Shown in pieces: positions 1 through 11,900 of a stretch of DNA of 64,000 nucleotides. The notes under the pieces were generated by a model. The model was given only the letters and a program-made list of their open reading frames with translations. It did no database searches and was not told the DNA's origin. The DNA comes from Narcine bancroftii (lineage: Eukaryota). The first letter of the stretch is position 1. Each line of letters begins with the position of its first letter. The position numbers and the translations under genes are program-made. Location: assembly GCF_036971445.1 (NCBI RefSeq), contig NC_091479.1, forward strand, positions 7,254,001-7,318,000, given 5' to 3'.

Positions 1-25
1 AACCGTCCCTCCCATTCTCCAACAG

Positions 26-213
26 GAAATTGAGCGACGCCGGGCAATGATGAGGCAGCGGGCCCAAGAGAGGGAGAACGAGGAACTGGAGCTGTTGGAA
101 TTGGAGGATGAGGGAAGGTCTGGGGAGGAATCCGAGGAAGAGTCTGAGTATGAAGAATACACAGACAGTGAGGATGAAACTGAACCCAGGCTGAAGCCTG
201 TCTTCATCAGAAG
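26..213 (+). CDS. MFAP1: MFAP1 coding exon (first in window)
   Basis: aacag|GAAATT ... AGAAG|gtatgc; EIERRR...PVFIR, acidic segment. Confidence 0.93.
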
Positions 214-3200
214 GTATGCCTGTGCTGCCCCACCTTCCTCCTGAAAGCTGTTAGCACAGAGCTGTGGGGTATGCTGTTGCACCGTAAGGAGTGAGGTTGG
301 TGCACTTTGGGCATCGCCCGGTGATCGGATCGGATCCGTTCAGTGGTGTTGACCCTGTCCTGGGAATGCTGATGGGATGGTGCCCAGGGGTTTTGCCCTG
401 CCATTCAGCTCGGCTTGATCGACAGCAAAGTTGTGAAGACTCTTCAGGATTCAGTCGAATTTACTGAGTTGTAAGGAGGGCATGTCAGGTGAGGTGCAAC
501 GTGTGTAGAATTTGAGATCAGATGATTTTGAATGGAAGTCCAGCATTAAATCATGATTTGTTGTCTTTTCCATGAATGATGGCGAATCTTTAGAGAGGAT
601 ACAACATCTCTTTCTGTAACTGGATCCTGGACTTCCTAGCAGAAAGACCACAGTCTGGTCCGGGTCGGTAGCAGAACATGGAGCACCGTCAAGCTGAGCG
701 CTGGCGCACCTCAGGCCTGTGTGCTCAACCCGCTCGTGTTCACGCCACTGGCCCACGACTGCGTCGCCAGATCCAGCTCTAACAGTGTCATCAAGTTTGC
801 AGATGTCACGACAGTCGGCCTCATCAGCAACAACGAAGAGTCGCCCTGCAGAGAAGAGGTGGGAAATCTCGTGAAATGGTGCGAGAGAAACAACCCGAGT
901 CTCAACATGGACAAGATGATGTCAGGAGGACAAGGGTCGACCACCCTCCACTACACGTCAACAACTCTGTAGTAGAGAGAGTGGAGAGCGATTTCATTTA
1001 ATTAGTGACCTATCATGGACACTCAATATCTCCTCACTTGTCAGGAAGGCGCAACAGTGACTGCACTTCCTGAGAAGACTGAAGCGGGAAAGGCTACCGG
1101 CCACCATCGTGTCAACCTTCTACAGGGACTCTATTGAGTGTCCTGGCCGGCTGCATCACAGTGCGGTACAGTTAGGAGTCACGTGATGGAGTAGTGGCCA
1201 GTCGGGGAACTCCAGCCCTCTCTGGAAAAGTTTTAAAAAAAACAGTAAACACAAACACGAAAATTAAAATAAAGTGAAAGTAAAGGTGGGAAGAAATTGG
1301 CAGCGAAGAAAGAAAAGTCGAAAGCAACGGGAAGAAGAAAAGACATCGGAAGAAGAAGGTGAAGGCCTTACCTGTCCGAGGAGGCCCGCTGTGGAGAGAG
1401 AAGCCCGCTCCCTCAGGTCAGTCGAAGTCCCGAGCTCGGGACTACAAAAATGGCTCGCGGAACCAAGCAAAAGTGCGCAACCGCGCAAGACAAAAGAAAC
1501 ACTGACGGGAGGGGGGACCAGCTGAGGAGTCGATCTCCACAGCTGAGAATGACAGACACAACACAACAACAAGAGGAGAACATAGAAAATAATGAGAACA
1601 AGAAAGAGAGTAAAAGGAAATCAAAGAAACAACAGATGACCAACCCAGAGGAAGAAGAAGAGGAAGAACACAGAGAAATGGAAGAAGAAGGGAAGGGCAA
1701 GTACATGGATATTTTTTTTTAAGAATATATGGAATCAATAAAAGAATGGCAATCACAAGAATTTAGTGAAATAAAAAGTAAAGAAGAAAAAATGAATAGA
1801 TTAGAGATGGTCATGTCAGATATAGGAAAAAGAGTGGACAAGGTGGAAGAACGAGAAACAGCCGTAGAAATGGAAGTAGATGACTTAAAAAAGAAATGAG
1901 AAGAATCTAATAAAAAAGTTAGAGACACAAGAGCTGTTAGCTCAGAAGATAGATACAATGGAAAATTATAATAGAAGAAATAATATAAAGATAGTGGGCC
2001 TTAAGGAAGATGAAGAAGGCAAGAATGTGAGAGAATTTATAAAAGATTGGATCCCCAGGGTCCTAGGAAGACCAGAATTACAGGAAGAAATGGAAATATA
2101 AAGGGCACATAGAACATTAGCCCCTAAACCACAACCACAACAAAAACCAAGATCCATTTTAGTAAAATTCCTAAGATATACAACAAGAGAAAATATATTG
2201 GAGAAAGCAATGAAGAAAATAAGAGAAGACAAAAAGCCACTGGAATACAAAGGTCAAAAATTTTTTTTCTATCTAGATATAAGTTTTGAACTCCTGAAGA
2301 AGAGGAAGGAGTTTAATACAGCAAAAGCGATCCTATGGAAAAAAGGATATAACAGTGTGGTACGGTTGCTGCAGAGAAATGGATTGGCGGTCAATCCACA
2401 GGACCATAAGAGTGGTAGAGAGGATCACTGGAGTCTTCCTCCCCACCAGTGACGTGATCCACTGGGATCGTCTGAAGAGGGCACGCAAAATCATTGAGGC
2501 CCCCTTTCTACCCTGCACACAGCATCTTTCAGCTGCTCCTGTGGGGAAGAGATCCAGGAGGATCAGAGCTAGTACCACCAGGCTGAGGAGGAGCTTCTTC
2601 CCAAGGGCAGTGAGAACACTGAACGACCAAAGGAATTGCTTACACGAACCCTCCGAGACTCCTACTCATGAAGCAATATTTATTTGTATAGATGAAATAT
2701 TTGTCATGCCTGTGTTGTTTGTCTGTACGTGTGTTAGGTCTGGTTGAGTGTCTGCGTGTTTTTGCACCGAGGACCGGAGAACACAGTTTCGTTGGGTTCT
2801 ACTTGTACAATCAGATGACAGTAAACTTGACTTTAATATGCATGTTAAAGAAAGAAATTAGGAAGACGTTTTGTTTTTTTTTTTTGCTTTGAATATGTTT
2901 ATTTCCTCCCTTCCTGGAGCAAGCTGGAAGCTGCTCTCCTGTGTAACCTGCCTGCCTACTCTTCCCAGGAAGGACCGGGTCACTGTGCAGGAGCGCGAAG
3001 CTGAGGCCCTGAAGCAGAAGGAACTGGAGCAAGAGGCAAAGCGCCTGAGCGAGGAGCAGCGCAAGTACACACTGAAGGTGGGGGGGGGGGGGGGGGGGTG
3101 CAGCAGCTTCTCTTCTGCCTCTGTGCTGTGGGCTGTTCCTCCCTCTGCCGATGGCCTGTTGCATGTGTGTCAGGAGTTGAGGATCACCTTCCGTTTCCCA

Positions 3201-6200
3201 CAGCCCCATTCCTGCAGTCCAAACATGGTACGAGAAATGCTGCACATTTCTGGCAGCCTCAGGGAAGAAACGTTTCAGTCTGTGATCCCCTTTACTCTGT
3301 ACTTCCAGCATCTACTCTTTCTCCCCATCTGAATTCCAGTGAACTGGGGCAGATGAGGTCCAAGGGGGAGAAGCTCTGATTTGGTGGGGAGAAGGATGGC
3401 GTTAATGATGGGACCTAAGGGAGAGGGAGCAGGGATGGTCGCCATGGGAGCCTGAAGAAAGGGCATTAGGGAGGGGAGGGAAGTGAAGGGGAGGGGTGAA
3501 TGAAGGGGTTGTGGCGGAGGAGCAGAGGGACAGATGAGCAGGGGCAGATTGTACCTGTACTAAAGCATGATGGTAGAGAGTAGTGTAAGTGCTAGAGGGA
3601 AAACTACCTGTTCTCGAGCAGCAGGCTGGGGGTTGTGGGCCGGCAGAGAGGGAGTGGGATTGGGCTGATGAGGAGGGGGCATACTGGGAGGTGATGGGGC
3701 AGGATGGGGATGGGGGTGAGGGGCAGCATGGGGGGGGGGTTGTGAGGGGGCAGGATTAGGGATCAGGAGGCAAGACTGGGGGCTGAGGGGTTATGAGGGG
3801 GTGGGTCTCGGGGTGAGGGGGCAGGAGTGGGGGAAGGGCCAGGAGGAGATGGAGGGAGCCGTGGTGGTAATGCTGCGAGGGGCCGGGACGTTTACCAAGG
3901 TAATTGAATGCTGTTTTTTCAGATTGTAGAGGAGGAGGCGAGACGGGAGATCGAGGAGTCAAGGAGGACACTCTCCGCTCTTGATGCGCTCAACACTGAC
4001 GATGAAAATGATGAGGAGGAGTACGAGTCGTGGAAAGTCCGGGAACTGAAACGCATCAAACGTGATCGGGAGGAGCGAGAGTCGTGAGTACCCTTCCTCT
4101 CTGCTACTTCACGTGTATTAATCATGTACCCTATTGTCGTTAGCCAGTGGCACTTATCCACCTCCAGCTCAATCACATGCTCTCCAATAGAAGACTGACT
4201 GACACTCTGTCCTGACCTGTCCCAACACTTTGTCATGCATGCCCACTCAATGTGTAATTTGACATTGAGGAGAGCAGAGTTTTTTCCTGTTCCTCTCAAT
4301 GTCTGTCTCGCTCCCATTCTCTTGTGTGGGTGAACCGTGGAATGCTCTCTCATTGAATTCTCTGTGGTTGTGTAGCATGGAGAAGGAGAAGGCTGAAATT
4401 GACAGGATGCACAATCTGACAGAGGAGGAGAGAAGAGCTGAGCTTCGAGCCAACAGCAAAGCCATTACCAACAAGGCCAGCAAAGGGAAATACAAGTTCC
4501 TGCAGAAGTATTATCACAGAGGCGCCTTTTTCATGGTGAGTTGGCATGCTTCAGCCCACTGCAACCCCCTGGCGGGAATTTGGAAGCAGCCAGTGTTGAC
4601 CCTCCTGATGAGTGACGTGAGAAGGTGAAAATGGTGCGGCCCCCTCCCCGCACAGGAGCGTGGCCACCTGACACTCTGACTGCTTCCCCATGGGGAGCTG
4701 GGTGGCTGTAGTGACAGCGGAGCTCAGACCGCAGGGAGAGGTCGCAGCTCAGGAGGTGGACCCAGTGATCTGCTGGGACTCTAACTCGGGCACATGGTGT
4801 GTTTTGTTGCAAACAATGACTTGGCATGGGAATGCACAAATAAACTGCAAATATAAGTAGTTTGAGGGCTGCAAGTACTCAGAAAATCAGGCAACATTAA
4901 ATTTAACTTTATTTTTAAATGTAGGCCTTCAGCATAATTTTGGACCCTTTCAGCCACGAGATCATGCCACCCAAATGACCTGCAATCCCTGAAAGGTGGG
5001 AGGAAATGCAGACACAGGGAGAGCGGACAAACTCCTTACAGAGAGCGCTGGATTTGAACCCCGCTCGCTAGTGTTGTCACCGCTACACTAACTGTACAGC
5101 CCATTTTATTCTGACCTAAAATATACTTTGCTTTTCTAATTTCAAATAAATGCAATCCAAATTTCCATCTCCCCTCTCTTTCAAATAGTTTAAAATTTGT
5201 GAAAAATTCAGACATACAGTACGGTAACGGCCCTTCCAGCCCACAAGCCCATGCCAACCCATTAACCTACAAACCCCTGTACATTTAGAATGGTGGGAGG
5301 AAACCAGAGAACCCGGAGGATCCCATGGGACGAATGCACAAACTCCTTTCAAGCAAGGCCAGATTTGAACCCAAGTCACTGGCACTTTATCTCAGCGAGG
5401 CACTAACCGTGCCACTGAAAATGAGATTATTTGCAATCTAAACCTGCTGCTGAAGTTGTTTAGTTGAATATCGAATTTGTCGTTCGATGTTCACCTCCTT
5501 TTGGTGTGTTTGATCAACTGAACCTTCCTGTTTGCTGTTTATCAGGATGAAGAGGAGGATCTGTACAAACGGGACTTCAGTTCCCCGACCCTGGAGGACC
5601 ATTTCAACAAGACCATTTTACCAAAAGTCATGCAGGTACAACAAGCCCGAACTGCCGGAGATTTTGTGTTCCTGTGGCTCTATCGGATAATCGCCTCCAA
5701 GAAAAGATACAAAGTTGGGAGAACCTCTGGCAGTTCTCCACGCTAGAAAGGGTTGTCGTGCTGTGCTTGGGCATTTGGGGGGTTGTGGGTTGGGAGGTTC
5801 AGACAGTGCTAGAAGAATGCACATTTTAATGCAATGTTTTGCTGAGTTTTCAGGGGCTCTGCATAAGATCTGGGTTCAGGTCCAGGGGATTGTTTGCTTT
5901 CTTTCTCGTCTTCGGGCGAGGAAGTATCCTGTCAGTCAAAAGGAGAAAAATAGCTTTAGTCATGGACACTTTAATCAAAATGCAATCTTGCTCAATGAAT
6001 GGTTGGAATAAAACAAAATGGTGTGGTTGATAGTCAACTTGGAGACAGTGCTGTATCCATCTGACTTCTTATCAATAATAACTTCAAGGGAGGGCATTGG
6101 CAGGGTTCCGGCTAAACAGCAGAATGGGGATCATCCACTTGATCTTTCAAGGGACACCAAGCCATGAGATTCTTTGTGCCGTATGCAACTGTTTGTCAAA

Positions 6201-6457
6201 TTCCTGTGAAAACGAGTGGTTCTCTGTTGATACCGAATGTGGTTTTGTTTCTCCCCAACCCCAAATAAAATTAGGTCAAAAACTTTGGCCGTTCAGGACG
6301 GACCAAATACACACATCTGGTCGACCAAGACACCACCTCATTTGACTCTGCCTGGGCGCAGGAGTCAGCTCAGAACAGCAAATTCTTCAAGCAGCGCGCT
6401 GCTGGTGTGCGAGATGTCTTTGAGAGACCTTCAGCCAAGAAGAGGAAAGCCACGTAA
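26..6457 (+). CDS. MFAP1: Microfibrillar-associated protein 1 (spliceosomal B-complex factor), 5'-partial; join(26..213,2969..3077,3923..4083,4376..4535,5546..5635,6275..6457)
   Basis: Spliced translation [15 protein letters not shown]...[18 protein letters not shown]...[79 protein letters not shown]...[10 protein letters not shown] matches the C-terminal part of MFAP1; all introns GT-AG, phases consistent. Confidence 0.97.
680..2832 (+). mobile_element. Rex1/Babar-type LINE fragment (RT plus 3' end), split into 680-1173 and 2368-2832 by an L1 insertion
   Basis: [19 protein letters not shown]...[18 protein letters not shown]; RKAQQ*LHFLRRL; continues ITVWYGCC...[18 protein letters not shown] after the insert. 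Confidence 0.8.
1174..2351 (+). mobile_element. L1-family LINE 5'UTR + decayed ORF1, 3'-truncated, flanked by a 16-bp target-site duplication
   Basis: [21 protein letters not shown]...[12 protein letters not shown]...[11 protein letters not shown] (L1 ORF1 RRM motifs); same 5' end (ggagtcacgtgatggagtagtggcc) as the copy at 62731. Confidence 0.85.
2969..3077 (+). CDS. MFAP1: MFAP1 coding exon
   Basis: cccag|GAAGGAC ... CTGAAG|gtgggg; [36 protein letters not shown]. Confidence 0.93.
3923..4083 (+). CDS. MFAP1: MFAP1 coding exon
   Basis: ttcag|ATTGTA ... GAGTC|gtgagt; IVEEEARRE...[34 protein letters not shown]. Confidence 0.94.
4376..4535 (+). CDS. MFAP1: MFAP1 coding exon
   Basis: tgtag|CATGGAG ... 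TTCATG|gtgagt; [26 protein letters not shown]...YYHRGAFFM. Confidence 0.94.
4910..5415 (-). mobile_element. Two tandem tRNA-derived V-SINE (HE1-like) copies
   Basis: gtgggaggaaa (reverse complement of V-core ggtttcctcccac), acaaactcctt, gatttgaaccc (reverse-complement B-box gggttcaaatc); recurs many times in the window. Confidence 0.65.
5546..5635 (+). CDS. MFAP1: MFAP1 coding exon
   Basis: atcag|GATGAA ... ATGCAG|gtacaa; [30 protein letters not shown]. Confidence 0.94.
6275..6457 (+). CDS. MFAP1: MFAP1 terminal coding exon
   Basis: attag|GTCAAA ... ACG TAA; [21 protein letters not shown]...KKRKAT*. Confidence 0.94.
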   Translation, partial: VKNFGRSGRTKYTHLVDQDTTSFDSAWAQESAQNSKFFKQRAAGVRDVFERPSAKKRKAT

Positions 6458-6863
6458 TTTTGTGTGGCATGTTCTGCAGCCGCCCGCACGGGGTGTCAAC
6501 TCAACCTCCAGCCCTGGAACCATGCAGCTGTATCTCCTTGCACAGGGTGTGTGCTCAACTGGAGGTTATAAAGCTCTTGGAGACTGTCTAGCCAATGAAC
6601 AGACTGTTCACGTGTAATTTAAACTTGCTTTTTAAAGAAAGCTTATTTTCTAAAGTGTTTATAACTGTAATTGTGTATTCTTTTCCCTCTCCTACTGATA
6701 GGATAAAAGTTGCGAATTAACTCATTGTGAATGTTGTTTCATTACACAAAGGTTTGAAGGAAAGAGGTGTTAATAGACCAGGAATGGAAATATTGCAGCT
6801 CTGACAATATGTGGCTCACAGAAACATGTTGGCTGAGACAGGAATCGTATGAGCCAGTGCTCA

Positions 6864-7733
6864 TCTTTCTTCTTTGGCTTGGCTTCGCGGACGAAGATTT
6901 ATGGAGGGGGTAAAAAGTCCACGTCAGCTGCAGGCTCGATGGTGGCTGACCAGTCCGATGCGGGACAGGCAGACACGGTTGCAGTGGTTGCAGGGGAAAA
7001 TGGGTGGGTTGGGGTTGGGTGTTTCCTCCTTTGTCTTTTGACAGTGAGGTGGGCTCTGCGGTCTTCTTCAAAGGAGGTTGCTGCCCGCCAAACTGTGAGG
7101 CGCCAAGATGCATGGTTTGAGGCGTTATCAGCCCACTGGCGGTGGTCAATGTGGCAGGCACCAAGAGATTTCTTTAGGCAGTCCTTGTACCTTTTCTTTG
7201 GTGCACCTCTGTCACGGTGGCCAGTGGAGAGCTCGCCATATAACACGATCTTGGGAAGGCGATGGTCCTCCATTCTGGAGACGTGACCCATCCAGCGCAG
7301 CTGGATCTTCAGCAGCGTGGACTCGATGCTGTCGACCTCTGCCATCTCGAGTACTTCGACGTTAGGGGTGTAAGCGCTCCAATGGATGTTGAGGATGGAG
7401 CGGAGACAACGCTGGTGGAAGCGTTCTAGGAGCCGTAGGTGGTGCCGGTAGAGGACCCATGATTCGGAGCCGAACAGGAGTGTGGGTATGACAACGGCTC
7501 TGTATACGCTTATCTTTGTGAGGTTTTTCAGTTGGTTGTTTTTCCAGACTCTTTTGTGTAGTCTTCCAAAGGCGCTATTTGCCTTGGCGAGTCTGTTGTC
7601 TATCTCATTGTCGATCCTTGCATCTGATGAAATGGTGCAGCCGAGATAGGTAAACTGGTTGACCGTTTTGAGTTTTGTGTGCCCGATGGAGATGTGGGGG
7701 GGCTGGTCGTCATGGTGGGGAGCTGGCTGATGT
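6864..7733 (-). mobile_element. RTE-clade LINE, 5'-truncated 3' fragment
   Basis: IQLRWMGHVSRMEDHRLPKIVLYGELSTGHRDRGAPKKRYKDCLK; near-identical to 36160-37023; 3' end gccaagccaaagaag. Confidence 0.92.
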
Positions 7734-8044
7734 GTTAATGAGCGTGGTTTGCGGTCGCGTGATTGTGGTGCATTTGTTTGCTGGCAGTGAAATTAGCCGT
7801 GTAAGTGTGATCAGGCTCCCGATGCTCTGACTGCAGACTCATCTAAGCCCCGGCCAACCGCCTGTCCAAGCTCCTGATGCCCCGAAAGATGCAGGTACTT
7901 AATACGGTCAAAAGTAGTATGCTTGTAACAGGCGACCCCTAAATTTTACCCTAAAAATTGGTCTACAAAATTCGACTGTTACACATGCATATACGATACA
8001 TGCACTTTCTGATCATTGAAACTGATACAAATTAGCGTCTACTG

Positions 8045-8460
8045 GACGTGGGGCAGGAGTTTCTTCACATGAGTGGTCTCCCCTACATTGGGGAGACTGG
8101 GGGCAGACGGGGAGATCACTTTGTTGAGCACCGTGGCTCTATCCTCTGCAGGAGTCCTTTCAGTTCTCTGTCCCCTTCCCTCGTCTCGCACTGCCAGACT
8201 GAGACCACCAGTAAATTGGAGGAACAACACCTCATCTTTGGCCTGGGCAACCGGATGGCGTTAACATTGACCTCTCCAGTTTCTGTTCATCCCACCCTCC
8301 CATCTTTGGCAGTTCGTTCTTTTTTTCCCGCCGGTCTCTGAGCCTCTCCCTGTCTCTTCCTTTTCCCTCGGTCTCCTTTCACGGAGCCCAAATCAATTCT
8401 CTCATCTCCAATTAACACCCTTTCACCTTCCCTGGCTTGTCTTCCTTCAGCAGCCTCCCT
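8045..8460 (+). mobile_element. Penelope-like element fragment (GIY-YIG endonuclease end plus pyrimidine-rich tail)
   Basis: GLPYIGETGGRRGDHFVEH...KLEEQHLIFGLG, typical of fish Penelope-like endonuclease C-termini. Confidence 0.7.
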
Positions 8461-8489
8461 GCTTTGTGCTTGGAGCTCTCTCTGATGCG

Positions 8490-8940
8490 GTGGCGTGGTC
8501 AGGTCGGGGGCGGGGAGGGAGACACGGGTGGTTGAGTATGATGGGAGGGGGCAGCAGGGTGCGGATGGGCTGCACGGCCTCCGCCTCGTTCCGGAGCGCC
8601 CTCTGCAGGGAGCGCCCGTCCCGCCCGGCCGCCAGGGGGTGCGCTCCCGGCCGCCAGGGGGTGCGCTCCCGGCCCGCCCGCCCGCCAGAGGGTGCGCGCA
8701 CGCACGCTCGGCCACTTCCGGCGACGTGCTCGGACGCGGACTCGTGGCTGATGGCGGAGGCCGACGGCGACCTGGACCTGGAGAATGATGAGGCGGAGCG
8801 GCCGGCGGAGAAGCCGCGCAAACACGACAGCGGCGCCGCCGACCTGGAGCGGGTGACCGACTACGCCGAGGAGAAGGAGATCCTCAGCTCGGACCTGGAG
8901 ACGGTGAGGCCCCGGCCCCGGGGGGGGGGGGGGGGGGGAT
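8490..8940 (+). promoter_or_regulatory. CpG-island promoter of HYPK
   Basis: Dense CpG; GC box ggggcgggg ~8507; tandem duplication of ccggccgccagggggtgcgctc; NRF1-like tgcgcgcacgca ~8693; ETS-like cacttccgg 8713-8721 just before ATG 8751. Confidence 0.8.
8751..8903 (+). CDS. HYPK: HYPK exon 1
   Basis: ATG 8751 ... GAGACG|gtgagg; KHDSGAADLERVTDYAEEKE motif. Confidence 0.94.
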
Positions 8941-11900
8941 GGAACCCCGTGGGCCTCAGCGCCCCCTCCTCCATCTCCCTCCCTCACCCGCCTCCGTCGC
9001 CCCCGCCCCACTCCAACTCCTCTCCCCCAGCCCCTCCCCTCCCCTTGCCCTCGACCCCCCCCGCCCCTCGCCCTCACCTTGTTGCCCCTCCCTTACCCCC
9101 CTCAATGCCCCCCTCCCCCCATAGCCCCCCCACCCCCTCATAGCCCCCCTCCCCCCATAGCCCCCCCAACCCCCATAGCCCCCCTCCCCCCATAGCCCCC
9201 CCCAAAGCCCCCCTCCCCCCAAAGCCCCCCTCCCCCCATAGCCCCCCACCCCCCCATAGCCCCCCTCCCCCACCCCAATAGCTTCCCCCCACCCCCACCC
9301 CCCCCATAACTTCCCTCCCTCACATCTCCCCAGCCCCTGTCTCCATCTCCTCGTCCCAATCTCCTCCATCGACATTCCCCCCCTCCAGTCCCTCCCTCCC
9401 TCCCTTGTCTAAACCCTTGCCTCACTGCACCTTCTGCTTCAAGCGCCCGTCTCCTCCCTCTGCTTTCCCTTTCCCTGCCCTCACCACCCTGACTCTTCCC
9501 ACCCCCCCCCCAACATTCCTCACTCCCTGCCTCTTCCCTCCTGAATCTTGCTATGTGGCTCACAGGTGCTGTCCAGGACCAAGGTATGACTGGATGGAGG
9601 TGGAAGGAAGGCCAGTACACACAGGGATACCAGCCTGGGTATGAATGGGGATTGTGTTCCCATTACCTTTAGGGAATGGAGGGCAAGTTTCACAGGCCAG
9701 CCAGGTCTTTCAGGCTGAGTGATGCAGAACCTGTTCTATAGATAGTCTTAGCAAATTGTAAATTAAGAAATGAGAGGTGATTTAAAAAAAAATCTTAATA
9801 ATTTAACTAACTTGGCCACTTCAGGATCAAAGATGACTTATTTAGTGCTGCTTGTTCTCTGGTACTGATTACACCCTTTCTGGACCTTACGATGCTTCTG
9901 CAGTGATCAGGACAGGCTAATGAATAGTTTGTGAGTTTACAAAGGGTTTCTGCACATTTCTGATAATTCAACTCAGAAATTCTCAATGCCGTGCTGAATA
10001 TTTCTCCTATATTTTGAGGAACCATAGACAAGAGGTTGCAGACTCAATGGGAAGGTTTCATTTTTCAAGAAGACCAAATTCGGAATGAGGAGAAGGTGGG
10101 TTTATATTCTAGCGACAAGTTGGCCTCATCTGGCTGAATAGTGGAACAGGCTTGAATTGTTGAGTAATGCGATTGATCTGAAATAAGGTGGGGTGCATGT
10201 TGGCTGGGATATCAGTTGGGATTGGGTTTATGTTGTAACAGTGATTATAAGCTGTGATCTACTCTTCTTCTGCCAGGCAATGTCCGTCATTGGAGATAGG
10301 AGATCCCGGGAACAGAAAGCCAAACAAGAAAGGTTGGAATCTTCACTTGCATGATCTGTAAATAACTTGAGATGTAGGAGCAGAAATTATGAGCTGATCC
10401 GTATTCCCACTCAGTTTCACTGCCCAGCCTCACAATATTATGTCCTTCATCTCTTATCTCTCTCTTTCTCATCGTTGCTTGCTGCTTCCTGTTCTCGGGT
10501 AGCTTCAGATCCAAGAACCTTGATTCATTATCTTTACCAAGGTCAGTATAGGCTCGTGCAGTTCGATCCACGTGACCTGCAGTCATGCCTCTTGGAGTAC
10601 GCATACTCATCCGAGTCTGTACAGTCCCTCCAACTCGCTGTCAGTGAAACACCAGCTTATTTTGGGATCACATCAATATGCACTTCAACACTATTTACAA
10701 ATCGCTGGCCCCCTCTCAGCCCATCCATGTGGCAACCTCCCTGTCCTCATGACCAGTGCTCTAATTCCTTCCCAACCCAGTCCAGTTCCATTTCTCCCAT
10801 TGCTCTGGCTGCAACTCGACAGGTAAAAGCTCACCACTCCAGGAAAGATTTTTGAGCTCATGAAGAAAGGGCAGTGATTGCTTTCTCTTTGACCTGCAGG
10901 GAGAAGGAGCTTGCAAAAGTAATCATCAAGAAGGAAGATGTCGAACTCATAGTAAGTCGTGCATTAATTTGTTCAGTGTGCTCTGAACTCCCCCACGTCA
11001 GACTGAGCTTGTTTTTTTTCCACCAATTATTTTCTCTGGAGATGTTGCATGGAGGTTCCTGTTTGGACAGATGGTACTCTGTGCTCCAGTCAGAACCAAA
11101 CAGCTGGACAACCACATCTGGAAGATAGGAATTGGACATTAGAATGAAGGCTGAGATCCGTTGTTGGATTATGCCTTGTGAGTGTGCAAAGGGGGATTCA
11201 CAATGTACATTCAGGATAGAGATTGTGGTGTGAGCTACATTGGAGGCAGTGTATTTGATCTCACTGAACCCTGGCTGCTGGGAGACTGCACCACATGTGA
11301 GTTGTAAATTTAAATGTAGACATACAGCGTGGTAACGGGCCATTTCAGCCCGTGCGCACAATTAACCCCCGGTAAGTTTCGAAGGGTGGGAGAAAAGGAG
11401 AGTCCCCAGGGAAAACCCACATAGGCACGGGGAGAATATATAATCTTACAGACGGCACCAGATTTGAACTGTCCTGTACAGTTGTCTACTTTGCTTTTCT
11501 CAATGGTTGGGGGGGGGTGGGGCGGAAATGGGGTGTTCTTCCCATTTCCTGGTACCCAGCACCAATCTGTTGCAACCCCTTGTGGCCAATGCCAAGCTTG
11601 GGTGCTGCCATCTTTGGTACAGACCCTGTGTCTGCAGAATTTTAATTAAAAGAGCATTTGGCTCCTTTAACAGGCTATTTAAACCTGTATGGAATTGCTA
11701 GCATGGAATCTCTGCTCCCAGATCCATTACAGTGGCTGCTCTGCCATTTTTTAATATACACCTGAGACGCCACTTTCAAGCAACTAGGCACCCATACTAA
11801 AAGGTCTCTGCCTTCTACAATGCTCTCCAGCACTCCACCCCTCACTGTGCAAGTCCTGCCCTGGTTCAACGTATGCAAAATGCAACATTTCAGACGTCAG

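Noticed and set aside
4910-5415. tRNA genes
   Set aside because: B-box-like motifs belong to decayed SINE heads; no cloverleaf
8466-8750. N-terminal extension of HYPK in the ORF track
   Set aside because: It starts at a non-ATG codon in promoter sequence; similarity begins at ATG 8751
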